64,000 bases of DNA from positions 1 to 64,000 of IMG/VR virus record IMGVR_UViG_3300044623_000784; one strand, written 5' to 3'. Positions within the stretch are counted from its first letter, which is position 1. Every line of letters starts with the position of its first letter. Below the pieces are notes generated by a model. It made no database searches. It was not told the DNA's origin and worked only from the letters and a program-made list of their open reading frames with translations. Of this stretch, positions 55,201 through 64,000 are shown in pieces. The translations under genes and the position numbers were made by a program. This stretch comes from a virus.

Positions 55201-56563
55201 TACTATTTTTGTTATTAGTATTAAATGCCTGATCGTGATCAAAAAGAGTTATGCTTCCGTTAGATGCTATTAGTTGGCCAACTGGCAAACCAGAGAGGCC
55301 CAGATCGGAGGCACTCTTGTTGATAGAGTAGTCAATTGTTTTATCAGAAACATTCATAACAAGTCTTGGAGAAATCTCAATAAGGTCAAAAGTAGAATCT
55401 TTTACGTTCATTGTTTCTACTATAATTCTTATTCCGTTTATATACTCAAACTCTCTAAACTGCTCTTTCTTATCGATTGCCTTAATAAAAACATCTGGGG
55501 AGGTTGCGTCTGTTACAAAGTTTGTTAGCCTGTCTACTGTTTCATCTTGTATATACCAGCCATACTTTGGTGTTATTACTGTATATTGCGTACCGTCCCA
55601 AATATGGTAGGCACCTACTTCATCCTTATTTGGTTTAATTAGATAGGCATACCCAATTACAGATTGCTCTGGAAGCAGAGAAACACTTGTATATGTTTCT
55701 GCAAAAACAAAGTTTGCTCTCCACTCTTCTGGAACAATTAGGCCATAAGCAATTTCGACATACCCATCACTTTTAATAATAGAAGAGCCATCTCTTCTTG
55801 TGATTGATGGATCAAAAGAAACAACTGTTTCCCAACTGGTGTCTCTTAAGAACTGAATCTTCCACTTGCTTGGTGTCTTTTGATTTAACTCTCCGTAAAA
55901 AGGATCTGCATAGGCTCCTGTTGCTGATGAAAATGGGCCAAGGTTTTCGGTACCCGTATGGGTTTGCATTTTTACTACAACCCTATTTGTTGGAACTCTT
56001 TCTTTATATACAACAAATGGACAAGCATCCTCTATAGAGTTCTGAGAGTTACGAACCTTAGATGCAATTCCATACTCTTCTCCAGACTCTGTTCTATAGG
56101 ATGTCCAGTACTTAAACTTATCATTTTTATCTGGCATGTAGTATCTTGGTCTATCTGCCATAACTAGGTTTGGGTGATGCAGTTTACCTTTTTCAAAGAA
56201 CACTGCTTTATTTATTCCAGACCTAGGCCTAAACTGACCAAAGCAATCTTCTAAAGAGTAAAGCGTTTGTAATTTTTCTTTCTTGGTTAAAAATGTTGTC
56301 GGTATATCGTTATTATCAAATTCTCCATCTACAATAATATCTGCATCGGTTGCTCCTGTATAAAAGTTTCCAGCATCATTAACATCAAAACTGTTAGGCA
56401 GTGAAGAGTATATGGAACCAGACTGCGTTGGTCTATATCTATAGTTTCCTATATGTTTAATGTTTGTTGGAATATTCATATTCCATTCAGCAGTTATTAT
56501 TGACTTATTTCTTATTGTTGAGGATGTTTCTAAGAAATTTTGTAAGTCTTTGTCCTCAAACAT
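52232..56563 (-). CDS. large minor tail protein (hub/central fibre-like)
   Basis: About 1440 aa, P.LQLGDIV C-terminus, two genes after tape measure; start MFEDK. Confidence 0.75.
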   Translation of the reverse strand: MFEDKDLQNFLETSSTIRNKSIITAEWNMNIPTNIKHIGNYRYRPTQSGSIYSSLPNSFDVNDAGNFYTGATDADIIVDGEFDNNDIPTTFLTKKEKLQTLYSLEDCFGQFRPRSGINKAVFFEKGKLHHPNLVMADRPRYYMPDKNDKFKYWTSYRTESGEEYGIASKVRNSQNSIEDACPFVVYKERVPTNRVVVKMQTHTGTENLGPFSSATGAYADPFYGELNQKTPSKWKIQFLRDTSWETVVSFDPSITRRDGSSIIKSDGYVEIAYGLIVPEEWRANFVFAETYTSVSLLPEQSVIGYAYLIKPNKDEVGAYHIWDGTQYTVITPKYGWYIQDETVDRLTNFVTDATSPDVFIKAIDKKEQFREFEYINGIRIIVETMNVKDSTFDLIEISPRLVMNVSDKTIDYSINKSASDLGLSGLPVGQLIASNGSITLFDHDQAFNTNNKNSIIAKYISRHVQFKFYEVIVDVNGWDYYVPIKALYSDAFPKQDLMSKHVSITLRDLYWYLESIRAPEILMTEVSVSSAVSLLLDHVGFSNYTFKRVANEKEIIIPYFFVGPDTSVAEVLQDLAVSTQTAMFFDEYNNFVMMSKNYIMPTIEERPTTFDLKGTKDFVEDREIRNKTNKPKLANVISVSTQDSAVYNDGAINYSTRYIQRSIGSLRQASLVDDERYYTYKPALLWEVSGTQNTKSINNEVATQSAYVLSAIPLNSDLTASVPEVKNNIVINNTFSLGEAAYWITRYSGYFYSQGEIIKYDAVQYNVSGFGNVWITSTEDYQNYFAKLPFNGKIYPTGLVRIYSEPKYFEKDGVVKLQNGVVQKHGRGQFGTEVVAHSAGISDYWKSDDNVKGCSMLSEFLFDQDVESVDIEITIPPGATQQEIDLLKAAGKATREGYSSDAIARTSSRSGIIKNFMSTSFIGEIATATKQQTGTLQSSALSLTGPNFTTKENPRDFISYVHKNLKDKKYKHFGTRMRIVGKIENNEDRGQTSNGSSTYYVVNGSTPDKNINISGGSGGLAFMLNPTTNVGYYFEIAALGVGNLSDEERQSVSNVFFYKIKSNNGVAVPVSLWQGLGEITVDDGKFTGQARIVSEENSTVYDLAAEYEDIGSTRRFYLYLNGQLVKTVDDTDPLPAYSDVALFTRGSSRIMFENVYALCNNYSQNTTFSLGAPVNSVFGDSDINANESFRKYSISGLIQNTYLAGIGNSEAPKYNIYFEEFGSIMREAATFNFKYDKAFPALTAKISPTFNKLKGYVVSGFRAGSYGAEFMIFNATDTAISLDETTGNYLRVQGVTFTQQSDNRLTVDEYFNKNTLTSNPQFVAETLLSNPYKFKQDYQDIKLSRMTYGKKDFSLDTPYIQSYDEANSLMKWLIEKIAKPRRSVGVKVFAIPTLQLGDIVTLDYEENGVSMASPSSSRFVIYNIDYSKSVDGPDMTLFLSEVV

Positions 56564-57192
56564 TATACCTCTTCCAAGGTAACTGAGACATTCCAATAAT
56601 CAAAATTAGCGCCTCTTTTTTCTACAGAGTATGAAAAACTTGATATAAACATTTCTATAAGTTGGTTATACTGCTGTAGGTGATCATAGGGGGCCTCTGT
56701 CCCCTTGAAAATTCCTTTTCTATCATATGCTAAGAATACCCAGAAAGACCCCTTGTGTCCGTCATACCACTCAAGCATATCTGCTCCACCTGCTCCTCCA
56801 TCTGTTGTGTAGGATGTGTGTGGTGACTTTCCAGTTGTTATATTAAAACTTGGAACATTGGAGTGAGACCTAGAAGGTATCATATTCCAACTGGTGCTAA
56901 TTTTCATTTTGTCTGCAGTGTGATATGATCTCATACGACCATTTATCATTCGCTCACGTTTTTCAATACGCTCATCTGAGAAATCAAGCGGAGATCTATT
57001 ATCATCTGTAAGCATTAAGAATTGGTCTATTAGTTCTGGGTCTACCCCGTCTGTTGCTGCCCCTACTTCATATCCTTGAGGAATATACAAACCATTTAAA
57101 AGGGTACCAGAATTTTCAGACCAGAGCATACCGCTAGGCCTATTGTATCTTTTACGGCTCTGCATATAAGTAAACCTTGGATCATCTACCAT
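56563..57192 (-). CDS. tail protein (distal-tail position)
   Basis: Follows tape measure; ends WNVSVTLEEV. Confidence 0.65.
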   Translation of the reverse strand: MVDDPRFTYMQSRKRYNRPSGMLWSENSGTLLNGLYIPQGYEVGAATDGVDPELIDQFLMLTDDNRSPLDFSDERIEKRERMINGRMRSYHTADKMKISTSWNMIPSRSHSNVPSFNITTGKSPHTSYTTDGGAGGADMLEWYDGHKGSFWVFLAYDRKGIFKGTEAPYDHLQQYNQLIEMFISSFSYSVEKRGANFDYWNVSVTLEEV

Positions 57193-60100
57193 TTATTCCA
57201 ATCCCCCTGATTCTTCTATCGTCAACCTGCTTGATTGTTGACATTACTGCCTGTGCAATTTCATTTGGATTAGCATTTGTCTTTGCATTAACAGTTAACG
57301 TATATGTATTATTATACACTGCCCCGCCAGTTGGCTGACCACTATTTATTGCCTTCATTGTATTTACACCATGAGCATCTACAGCATACTTACTCATAAC
57401 AAACTCTCCTGGAGTTAGCATTGCTGGGACCGTATCAGTACCCTTTGCAAAACCGCCAAACGCAAACTTCATTGGATTAATTAGTCCACCCATGGCAGCC
57501 ATCTGCATTCCAAATCCACCGCCACTACCACCGCCCGATCCTCCGCCTGGAATCTTAACAGTTGTTCCAGACCAAATCATACTTCCACCCTTATACTTTG
57601 GATCTGTAGTAAACTTTGGATTAGCATCAAGAAGTTCTTCTAGAGAAATTCCATGCTGACTTGCAATTCCAGAAAGAGTGTCTCCAGGTTTAACAACATA
57701 GGTTGTTGCTGTTTTAGGAATTACGCTATATGATGGAGAATCTGATGCATTGTCTACCGCTGCTGCTGCTGCATCTGCTGCAGCCTTTGCTGCTGCTTCT
57801 GCTGCAGCCTTCTCTGCTGCAGCCTTTGCCTCTGCTGCTGCTTTTTCAGTTGCAGCCTTCTCTGCTGCAGCCTTTGCTGCTGCCTCTGCTGCTGCTCTAG
57901 CCTCTGCTTCAGCCTTGGCCTTTGCTTCTGCTGCCTTTCTGGCTGCCTCTGCTGCTGCTGCTTGCTCTGCTGCTGACTTGCCTTCTGCTGCAGCCTTCTC
58001 TGCTGCAGCCTTTGCTGCTGCCTCTGCTGCAGCCTTATCTGCTGCAGCCTTTGCTGCTGCCTCTGCTGCTGCCTTTGCTGCTGCTTCTGCTGCAGCCTTT
58101 GCTGCTGCCTCTGCTGCAGCCTTTGCTGCTGCTTCTGCTGCTGCTCTATCTGCTGCTGCTGTATTTACTGGCTGTGTTTGTACTCCATACTTCGCTATTA
58201 AATCTTTAGCCTGGAATTTGGTTAAGTCTGTTAGCCCCTGATCAAGAGCCTTCATTGCAGACTCAATACCCTTAACAAAATCTAATGCTCTTATTCTTGC
58301 AATCTCTACATTGCTTTGAATTTGTTCCCAGGCCTCTCTGCTTAAGCCAGCGATCTTGATTCCTGCAATATCTTCCTTTAAGGCAATTTGCTTAAGTCTA
58401 AGAAACTCTTGCTGTGGCTCTATTGCGGCTTCTTCTTTTTCAAATATCTTATCCTGTATTTCTTTAATTTCTTTTTCAAGTTGCTTTCTAGTTTTAAGTT
58501 GACCAAGTTTTGGATCTTTACTTCCCTGCTTGTCAAAACCAGTTGCTGTAGATAGTTCATATTTTCTGGACTGCTCAACTGCATCCTTTTGCTTTGTTAC
58601 TGCATCTGCTGCTTCTTGTGCTCTCATTTCTTGTGCAGCACGGGCTGCTGCTGCAATGTCTCCAGATGTTAGCGCCTCAGCAAGAGTTAACTGTCCCTTT
58701 TGCTGGTTAGCAATATTAGCATTTGCCTTTTCTACTGCATCTAAAGCCTCAATTCTTTTATCATATTTTTCGTTAATTGCTTGCTCTTGATCTTCAATTG
58801 CCTTTAGTGCTGCTTCTTTGTCATCACTAAGATACTGCATTGCTGCAATTTCATTTTGTGCTTTTTCAATTTCTGCATTAGCCTTCTTATTGTCAATATT
58901 CATTTCAAAGTCTATTTGAAGTTTTCTTTCTTCTGCATCAAAAGAATCCATGACATTGCTGAATAAATCATTAAACAAATCTTCATATAACCCGACAGTC
59001 TTTTTTAACTCAGTGATTCTTTCGTTCATAGCAGCCTCTGCCTCTGCTAAAAGTTTTGCTGCATCTTCTGCTGCTTTAATATCGGCTTTATCTTTTGTTT
59101 TTTTGGCTTTGGCTTCAAGTTTTGCAACATTCTTTTTTTGATTAAAAATAGAAACTTCTAATGCTTTTAGTTCATTGTCTGAAGAAATAGCAAAAGCATC
59201 TAGTCCGTTGCCCCCTGCTGCCATTTGTTTTAATCTTTGCTCTTGAAGCCTATCGTTTTTAAGTTGAGAAGTTGCAGTCTTTGTATCTTGAATTGATGCT
59301 GAGGCTTTCTGTGCTACAGTCAATGCGTTATATTTTGTAATTAGTTTGCCTAATGATTTTTCAGTTACGCCATTAGCAATTGCCTGTGCATATGCTTTAT
59401 TAGATACTAGTTCATAAGCGTCTGCAACTGGAACACCTAACTTTGAAAGTTTATCCATAGCCTTGCTTTGATCACTTATGGCCTTGGTTTCTGATTCCAT
59501 GCTTGAGTTCCACTCACCCATAGTTATAGAGTTAAGTGCTTCTTGAATGTTCTTTGCGTCTCTCTTTAGACCAATAATGTTTCCCTTGTTATCAAATTTA
59601 AATAGAGAGTTCTTTCTCTTCTCGTATTCCTTTGGATCCATACCAACGATTAGTTCAATAAAGTCTTGGCTACCGCCCAAACCTCGTAGATCGTTTTCTA
59701 TACCGCTAAATACATCTATAGTCTTCTTACCACCAAACAGGCCATCTAGGGCCTTGCGAGAGGCAGCCCAGCCTTCTGTGACCTTGATCTGGTTCTTTCG
59801 TACATCTCTTAGTTTCTTTACTAGGTCATCTAGTGGTGATGCTTGTACTTTACTTCCCGTACCAGTGCCAGTGCTGTTTCCTGGAATGTTTGTATCTACC
59901 TGCTTATTGTCTACAACAGCCTTAAACCCTTGTTGCTCGGTGTAGTGTGCAATCATCATTGCTTCTGGCAAACCCTTATATTGACCACCACCATATCTTT
60001 TTCCAGCAATTACTTCATCTTGTTTGAGCCAGTCTTGGTAGTCTTTTGTCGCAACAATTTGAGGAGCAGGGACATTTATAAGTGATGCAACAGTATAGGT

Positions 60101-63100
60101 ATAAGTTTTTTTCTGATCGTCCGTTAGTGTGTCAAAATATTTTTCATCAAATGCGTCTGTTTTGTCAGTTTTAAGTTCTGGAATAAGGTCATAAACAAAT
60201 GGAACATCTATATTCTTTTTTGTTTCAATTTGATCAAACATTGAATTTAATTTTTCATATGCGGCTTTGCTTTCTGGGCTTTCATTCGTGTAGTAACTAA
60301 CAAGAACGTCTGATGGAATAACAGTATTAAGGTTGTTTAACTTGATCATGTTCTTTGCAAAGTCTAAGGCATCTGAATCTTTTTCAAATGCTTGAACTCT
60401 TGTAACAAATTCTGTTTGAACTGTAGTGTTAACATCTCCCTTTGCATCAAGAATATTTTCTGCTGCGACTCCAATTGTTTCCGCAGTTGCTCCCGAAAAC
60501 TTTGTAATAATTTCCATTATTTTTGGAGCAATTGCAGTGTTATCGGTTGCTAAGAATAAAAGATTTTTAAGGACAGATGGTGGAAGGTCTCCACTTGCCA
60601 TCTTTGCTTGAATTAAAAACTCCTGGCCTTTAGTAATTAGTCCAGACGATACAAGATCGGCTGCTTGCTGATCTACTACTGGGGTGTAAGCAAGTTGGTT
60701 TGGATCATTTTTATACCTTGCTGCTGTAGCCTTTTTCATTCCGTTCATCATTGATTCTTGAAGTCCACCAGCAGAATCATACTGTGCAACAATGTCTCCC
60801 TGCAACTTTCCTTGTGCGTCGGTCAGTTTGTCTCTTTCGTTTATATACTTTGTTTGCAGCGCTTCTGCTTCATTGATTTTACCTTGTGTCCTAAGAAGTT
60901 CTATTTTCTTTTGATACTGAAGATCAAATGAGTCTAGAAGTTCTTTGTTTTGTTCCATTGCAATTTTTGCGTCTACTGCATACGCTGCTCCTAGTGCTCC
61001 TGCTCGTTTTGCAAACTTCTTTGATGCTAGGAATCCAAGAACTGCACCTGCTGCTGTTCCAATTCCAGCACCAATTACTGCTCCAATTGGCCCTCCTATC
61101 ATACCTCCGATGCCAGCACCTGCTGCTGCGCCTCCTAATGCTGATGCGCCTATTCCCGCTATTTGAACATTTTTTCTTCCAGCAAGTTTTGTAATAGGGT
61201 CTGTGTTTTTAATATTTTTAATACTATTGTCTAGATTTTTTTTATTTTCATTAATCATATTAATTCTAATATTTAGAGGATCATTAACAAGATTTTCTCC
61301 ATTTGGACCAAGAAGACTTTCTAGTTGAGCAATGACCTTTATACCAATAGACATATCTCCTGCTTGTCTAGCAGCATTCATTGCAAGGCTTTTTGCTTGT
61401 GACATATCTATAGCACCAGACATTAAGGATGCAGACAGTTGTCCAGTTAAATCTTTGGCTGCTTCATTACCCTTACCTGCAGCGCTTTGTTTTGCAAGTC
61501 TTCCTGTTAATGCTTTACCTTCTTCTGTTTGAACAAATGCTTCTCCATATGAAGTCTTTCCAGTTGCAGGGCCAAGCATTGAGAAAGAGTTCTTTCTTTT
61601 TAAATCCATCTGCTCTGATGCCGTTACTTTACCACTAAATTCCGCTATGGCCTGAATTGCAGATGAAGACCCCTTAAACTTTTCACCCTCTTGTAGTACT
61701 TGATCTGCTGCTTTATCAAATGCCATTCTTAAAGCAACAAATGATCCAACTGCTACCATTAATCCAGCAATAACTGCTGAGGTAGGACTCTTTAGCATTG
61801 GAAGAATCATGGATAATCCCATCAAAGGCATCATAACCTTTTGTGATATTTCTCCAACTTTTCCAGGAGCCATGGAGCCAATCATGGCTGCTCCAGATGC
61901 AACGCCAAGTGCGCCACCCATGCTTATGCGTGATTGCTTGCCTGCTGCTAGATTTGCTGCTCTTTTGTCTTGCCTATTTTGAACAAATGCTTTTATTCTT
62001 CCAGAAGGTGTTCTTCTTTTTGCTTCTGCTGCTGCTCTTTCAGAAATTACTTGCTGCTGGTATGCTACCTTTTCTGCTAGCCTGCTTCTTTTTTCTGCTA
62101 ATTCTGCTTGTTTTCTTTTACCTCTCATCACTGGATCGATTAAACCAGTTGTTCCGTACATAGAGGTTTTGTTTGCATTAATTCTTGCCTGTGTTTTTGC
62201 CCTTACCCTTTCTTGTTTTTCTAATTGACGACGAACAGACTTTGCTTCGGCATCAATTGGACCAGTTCCATATAGCAAAGTTCTTGATGCTGCTGCTGCA
62301 GATTGAGAAATATTTGTTCCAATGTTGGCACCAACTGCTTTTGCCTCTGCAATAGACCCTCTTGCCCCATCTATCAATGCCGTAGATGATGTTACTCTTG
62401 CTTCGGGAGCATTTGCCTTTCCAGGCATTACAAATCTTCCTACCTTTTTAGGAATTCCTTGAACAATACTTTTTCCTTCAGGCTCTTGCGTCATCAACTT
62501 ATCTTTTTTGCCTGCAGATGATTTTACATTAGCGGGAAGTTTTTCTGTCTTTGGCTTTGTTATCTTTCCAGTTTTATCATCTTGTAGAACTTCATCTGGC
62601 TTAATTGCAATAGATGTATGAAGTTTATGAATTGATTTCCAGTCTACCTTTTCCTTTAATCTATCAAGCATTGATGTATAGAGTGGTCTTTCTGCATCAC
62701 TTAACTGTAACTTTGGAATTAATTTTTCAAGGTTTGCAATAGACTTTTTAACTTCTTTTTTCATCGCTGATTCAAATTGTTCTGCTGACATACTTTTTGC
62801 AATGTCTGCAGTTTGATTTCCAAACCAGAATGGAGATCGTGCTGCTGCATCTCCCTTAACTCCACTTAGATTAGTTTTTGTCATCTCTTCAAGAGATGGC
62901 ATCTTCTCTGCATAGTCTCTTGCGCCAGATGCTTTTGAAAATACTCCAGCAGGACCAACATCTGTTAAAACATTTCCTCCTAGGTTGCCCCTCTTTAAGT
63001 CTTTATCTCCACGAAGTCCTGCTGCAAGCAACTGCTTTATATATTGCTTCTTACTAAACTTTTTTGGAATTGTCTCTGGATCAAACTTAGGATTAAATTC

Positions 63101-64000
63101 AGACTCAAGTGCGTACATTGTCTTACCAGTGATTGGGTCTTGAATTAATCTTAATTCTTGCTTTGGTGTTTCAAGACCGTGAACCTCTCTTGCAATCCTT
63201 GTTGCTCTTAGTTCAGCCATGGCAGATTTTTCATCTATCATTGGCTTTACATAAACTTTTCTTCCATCTTCTGTTATGTGTACACCAGAAAGGTGCTTGG
63301 CTCCAACATTGCTAAACCCTGTTCCTACAGATAGTTGCTCTCTATATTTAGTTATTGGCTTTCCTGCTGCTTTTGCATCTTCTAGTTTTTGTAATGCTAA
63401 AAGCGCTGCCTGACTTCTCTTACCTGAAACCGAAGCAACTTTTATTGTCCCAGACGAGCCGTCAGATCTTCCGCCTTTAAATGCTCCGTCTTCTAGGACT
63501 GCATTGTTCATTGTCTTTTTAAGTTCATTAGTTCTTGCACTTACTTCTGGTCTTTCGTATGCAATTATATTTCCTTTTGCATCCCTGCTTACTTTTACAA
63601 TCTGCCCTGGATAGTGATCAAAAAGTCTTTTTGCTGAAGCCTTTGTATTAGGCTTGCTCTTTGACTTCTCTACTGCTTCATAAAGTTCTTTAGCAGTTGC
63701 TGTGCTGTTGTACACCATCTTTGGCTTTTGAAAACTTGTAAGTCCCTGTGGCGCTAGAAGTGCTGAGACTCCTCCAGCATGCCTTGGGTCTCTTGCTAAT
63801 CCTCCAAGAATTCCAGACTTAATATTTCCCATTCTTGAGTAAACGTCTTTGTCTCCAATCAAAGGGATGCTGTGGCTACCGTCGCCAAGTGGTACTCTAG
63901 GAATTGCTTCTAATGCTTTGATTAGGTTTGTTCTAATCTGATCTGCTGTTTGGGCTGCTTTAGTTGGGCTCATGTTGCTTGGTGGCCCCATTAACTTAGA
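57182..64000 (-). CDS. tape measure protein (5'-truncated) with kinase-like insert, EAAAK repeats and LysM
   Basis: >2270 aa, TM-like Gly/Ala blocks, coiled coils, YVVKPGDTLSGIA (LysM), TDTVPAMLTPGEFV; frame open to window edge. Confidence 0.88.
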   Translation of the reverse strand, partial: SKLMGPPSNMSPTKAAQTADQIRTNLIKALEAIPRVPLGDGSHSIPLIGDKDVYSRMGNIKSGILGGLARDPRHAGGVSALLAPQGLTSFQKPKMVYNSTATAKELYEAVEKSKSKPNTKASAKRLFDHYPGQIVKVSRDAKGNIIAYERPEVSARTNELKKTMNNAVLEDGAFKGGRSDGSSGTIKVASVSGKRSQAALLALQKLEDAKAAGKPITKYREQLSVGTGFSNVGAKHLSGVHITEDGRKVYVKPMIDEKSAMAELRATRIAREVHGLETPKQELRLIQDPITGKTMYALESEFNPKFDPETIPKKFSKKQYIKQLLAAGLRGDKDLKRGNLGGNVLTDVGPAGVFSKASGARDYAEKMPSLEEMTKTNLSGVKGDAAARSPFWFGNQTADIAKSMSAEQFESAMKKEVKKSIANLEKLIPKLQLSDAERPLYTSMLDRLKEKVDWKSIHKLHTSIAIKPDEVLQDDKTGKITKPKTEKLPANVKSSAGKKDKLMTQEPEGKSIVQGIPKKVGRFVMPGKANAPEARVTSSTALIDGARGSIAEAKAVGANIGTNISQSAAAASRTLLYGTGPIDAEAKSVRRQLEKQERVRAKTQARINANKTSMYGTTGLIDPVMRGKRKQAELAEKRSRLAEKVAYQQQVISERAAAEAKRRTPSGRIKAFVQNRQDKRAANLAAGKQSRISMGGALGVASGAAMIGSMAPGKVGEISQKVMMPLMGLSMILPMLKSPTSAVIAGLMVAVGSFVALRMAFDKAADQVLQEGEKFKGSSSAIQAIAEFSGKVTASEQMDLKRKNSFSMLGPATGKTSYGEAFVQTEEGKALTGRLAKQSAAGKGNEAAKDLTGQLSASLMSGAIDMSQAKSLAMNAARQAGDMSIGIKVIAQLESLLGPNGENLVNDPLNIRINMINENKKNLDNSIKNIKNTDPITKLAGRKNVQIAGIGASALGGAAAGAGIGGMIGGPIGAVIGAGIGTAAGAVLGFLASKKFAKRAGALGAAYAVDAKIAMEQNKELLDSFDLQYQKKIELLRTQGKINEAEALQTKYINERDKLTDAQGKLQGDIVAQYDSAGGLQESMMNGMKKATAARYKNDPNQLAYTPVVDQQAADLVSSGLITKGQEFLIQAKMASGDLPPSVLKNLLFLATDNTAIAPKIMEIITKFSGATAETIGVAAENILDAKGDVNTTVQTEFVTRVQAFEKDSDALDFAKNMIKLNNLNTVIPSDVLVSYYTNESPESKAAYEKLNSMFDQIETKKNIDVPFVYDLIPELKTDKTDAFDEKYFDTLTDDQKKTYTYTVASLINVPAPQIVATKDYQDWLKQDEVIAGKRYGGGQYKGLPEAMMIAHYTEQQGFKAVVDNKQVDTNIPGNSTGTGTGSKVQASPLDDLVKKLRDVRKNQIKVTEGWAASRKALDGLFGGKKTIDVFSGIENDLRGLGGSQDFIELIVGMDPKEYEKRKNSLFKFDNKGNIIGLKRDAKNIQEALNSITMGEWNSSMESETKAISDQSKAMDKLSKLGVPVADAYELVSNKAYAQAIANGVTEKSLGKLITKYNALTVAQKASASIQDTKTATSQLKNDRLQEQRLKQMAAGGNGLDAFAISSDNELKALEVSIFNQKKNVAKLEAKAKKTKDKADIKAAEDAAKLLAEAEAAMNERITELKKTVGLYEDLFNDLFSNVMDSFDAEERKLQIDFEMNIDNKKANAEIEKAQNEIAAMQYLSDDKEAALKAIEDQEQAINEKYDKRIEALDAVEKANANIANQQKGQLTLAEALTSGDIAAAARAAQEMRAQEAADAVTKQKDAVEQSRKYELSTATGFDKQGSKDPKLGQLKTRKQLEKEIKEIQDKIFEKEEAAIEPQQEFLRLKQIALKEDIAGIKIAGLSREAWEQIQSNVEIARIRALDFVKGIESAMKALDQGLTDLTKFQAKDLIAKYGVQTQPVNTAAADRAAAEAAAKAAAEAAAKAAAEAAAKAAAEAAAKAAADKAAAEAAAKAAAEKAAAEGKSAAEQAAAAEAARKAAEAKAKAEAEARAAAEAAAKAAAEKAATEKAAAEAKAAAEKAAAEAAAKAAADAAAAAVDNASDSPSYSVIPKTATTYVVKPGDTLSGIASQHGISLEELLDANPKFTTDPKYKGGSMIWSGTTVKIPGGGSGGGSGGGFGMQMAAMGGLINPMKFAFGGFAKGTDTVPAMLTPGEFVMSKYAVDAHGVNTMKAINSGQPTGGAVYNNTYTLTVNAKTNANPNEIAQAVMSTIKQVDDRRIRGIGINGR
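57760..58160 (-). repeat. coding tandem repeat (AAAEAAAK)n
   Basis: 24-nt unit, GCAGCAGAGGCAGCAGCAAAGGCT-like. Confidence 0.9.

Noticed and set aside
1-64000. Stop-codon reassignment, introns or inteins
   Set aside because: Long genes (DnaE, DnaB, TerL, RecA) are intact under the standard code with normal lengths, all three stops are used, and no suppressor tRNA was seen.

Overview
This is a 64-kb slice of a large, AT-rich tailed dsDNA phage genome. WhiB, an HslV/proteasome-like peptidase, DnaE and many apparently leaderless genes suggest an actinobacterial host, possibly freshwater (inference). 1-14.2 kb is mostly + strand: small early-type hypothetical genes, a repeat-rich non-coding region with DnaA boxes, oxygenases, two glutathione peroxidases and three tRNAs. 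14.2-64 kb is - strand: auxiliary genes (PstS, Hsp20, a carbamoyltransferase/SGNH cluster, a sulfation cluster), CHAP endolysin, tRNA-Asn, secreted surface-type proteins, terminase, a replication/recombination module (RecA, DnaE, SSB, primase, DnaB), tail genes, and a tape-measure gene running off the window. The main unexplained signal is a 25-31 nt motif present 8 times, always in the sense of local transcription. It folds as an H-type pseudoknot with compensatory changes in both stems and sits at the 3' ends of genes or candidate small RNAs, twice 4 nt before a tRNA. Also notable are several candidate structured sRNAs and a kinase-like domain inside the tape-measure protein. All calls come from reading motifs by eye; no searches were run.
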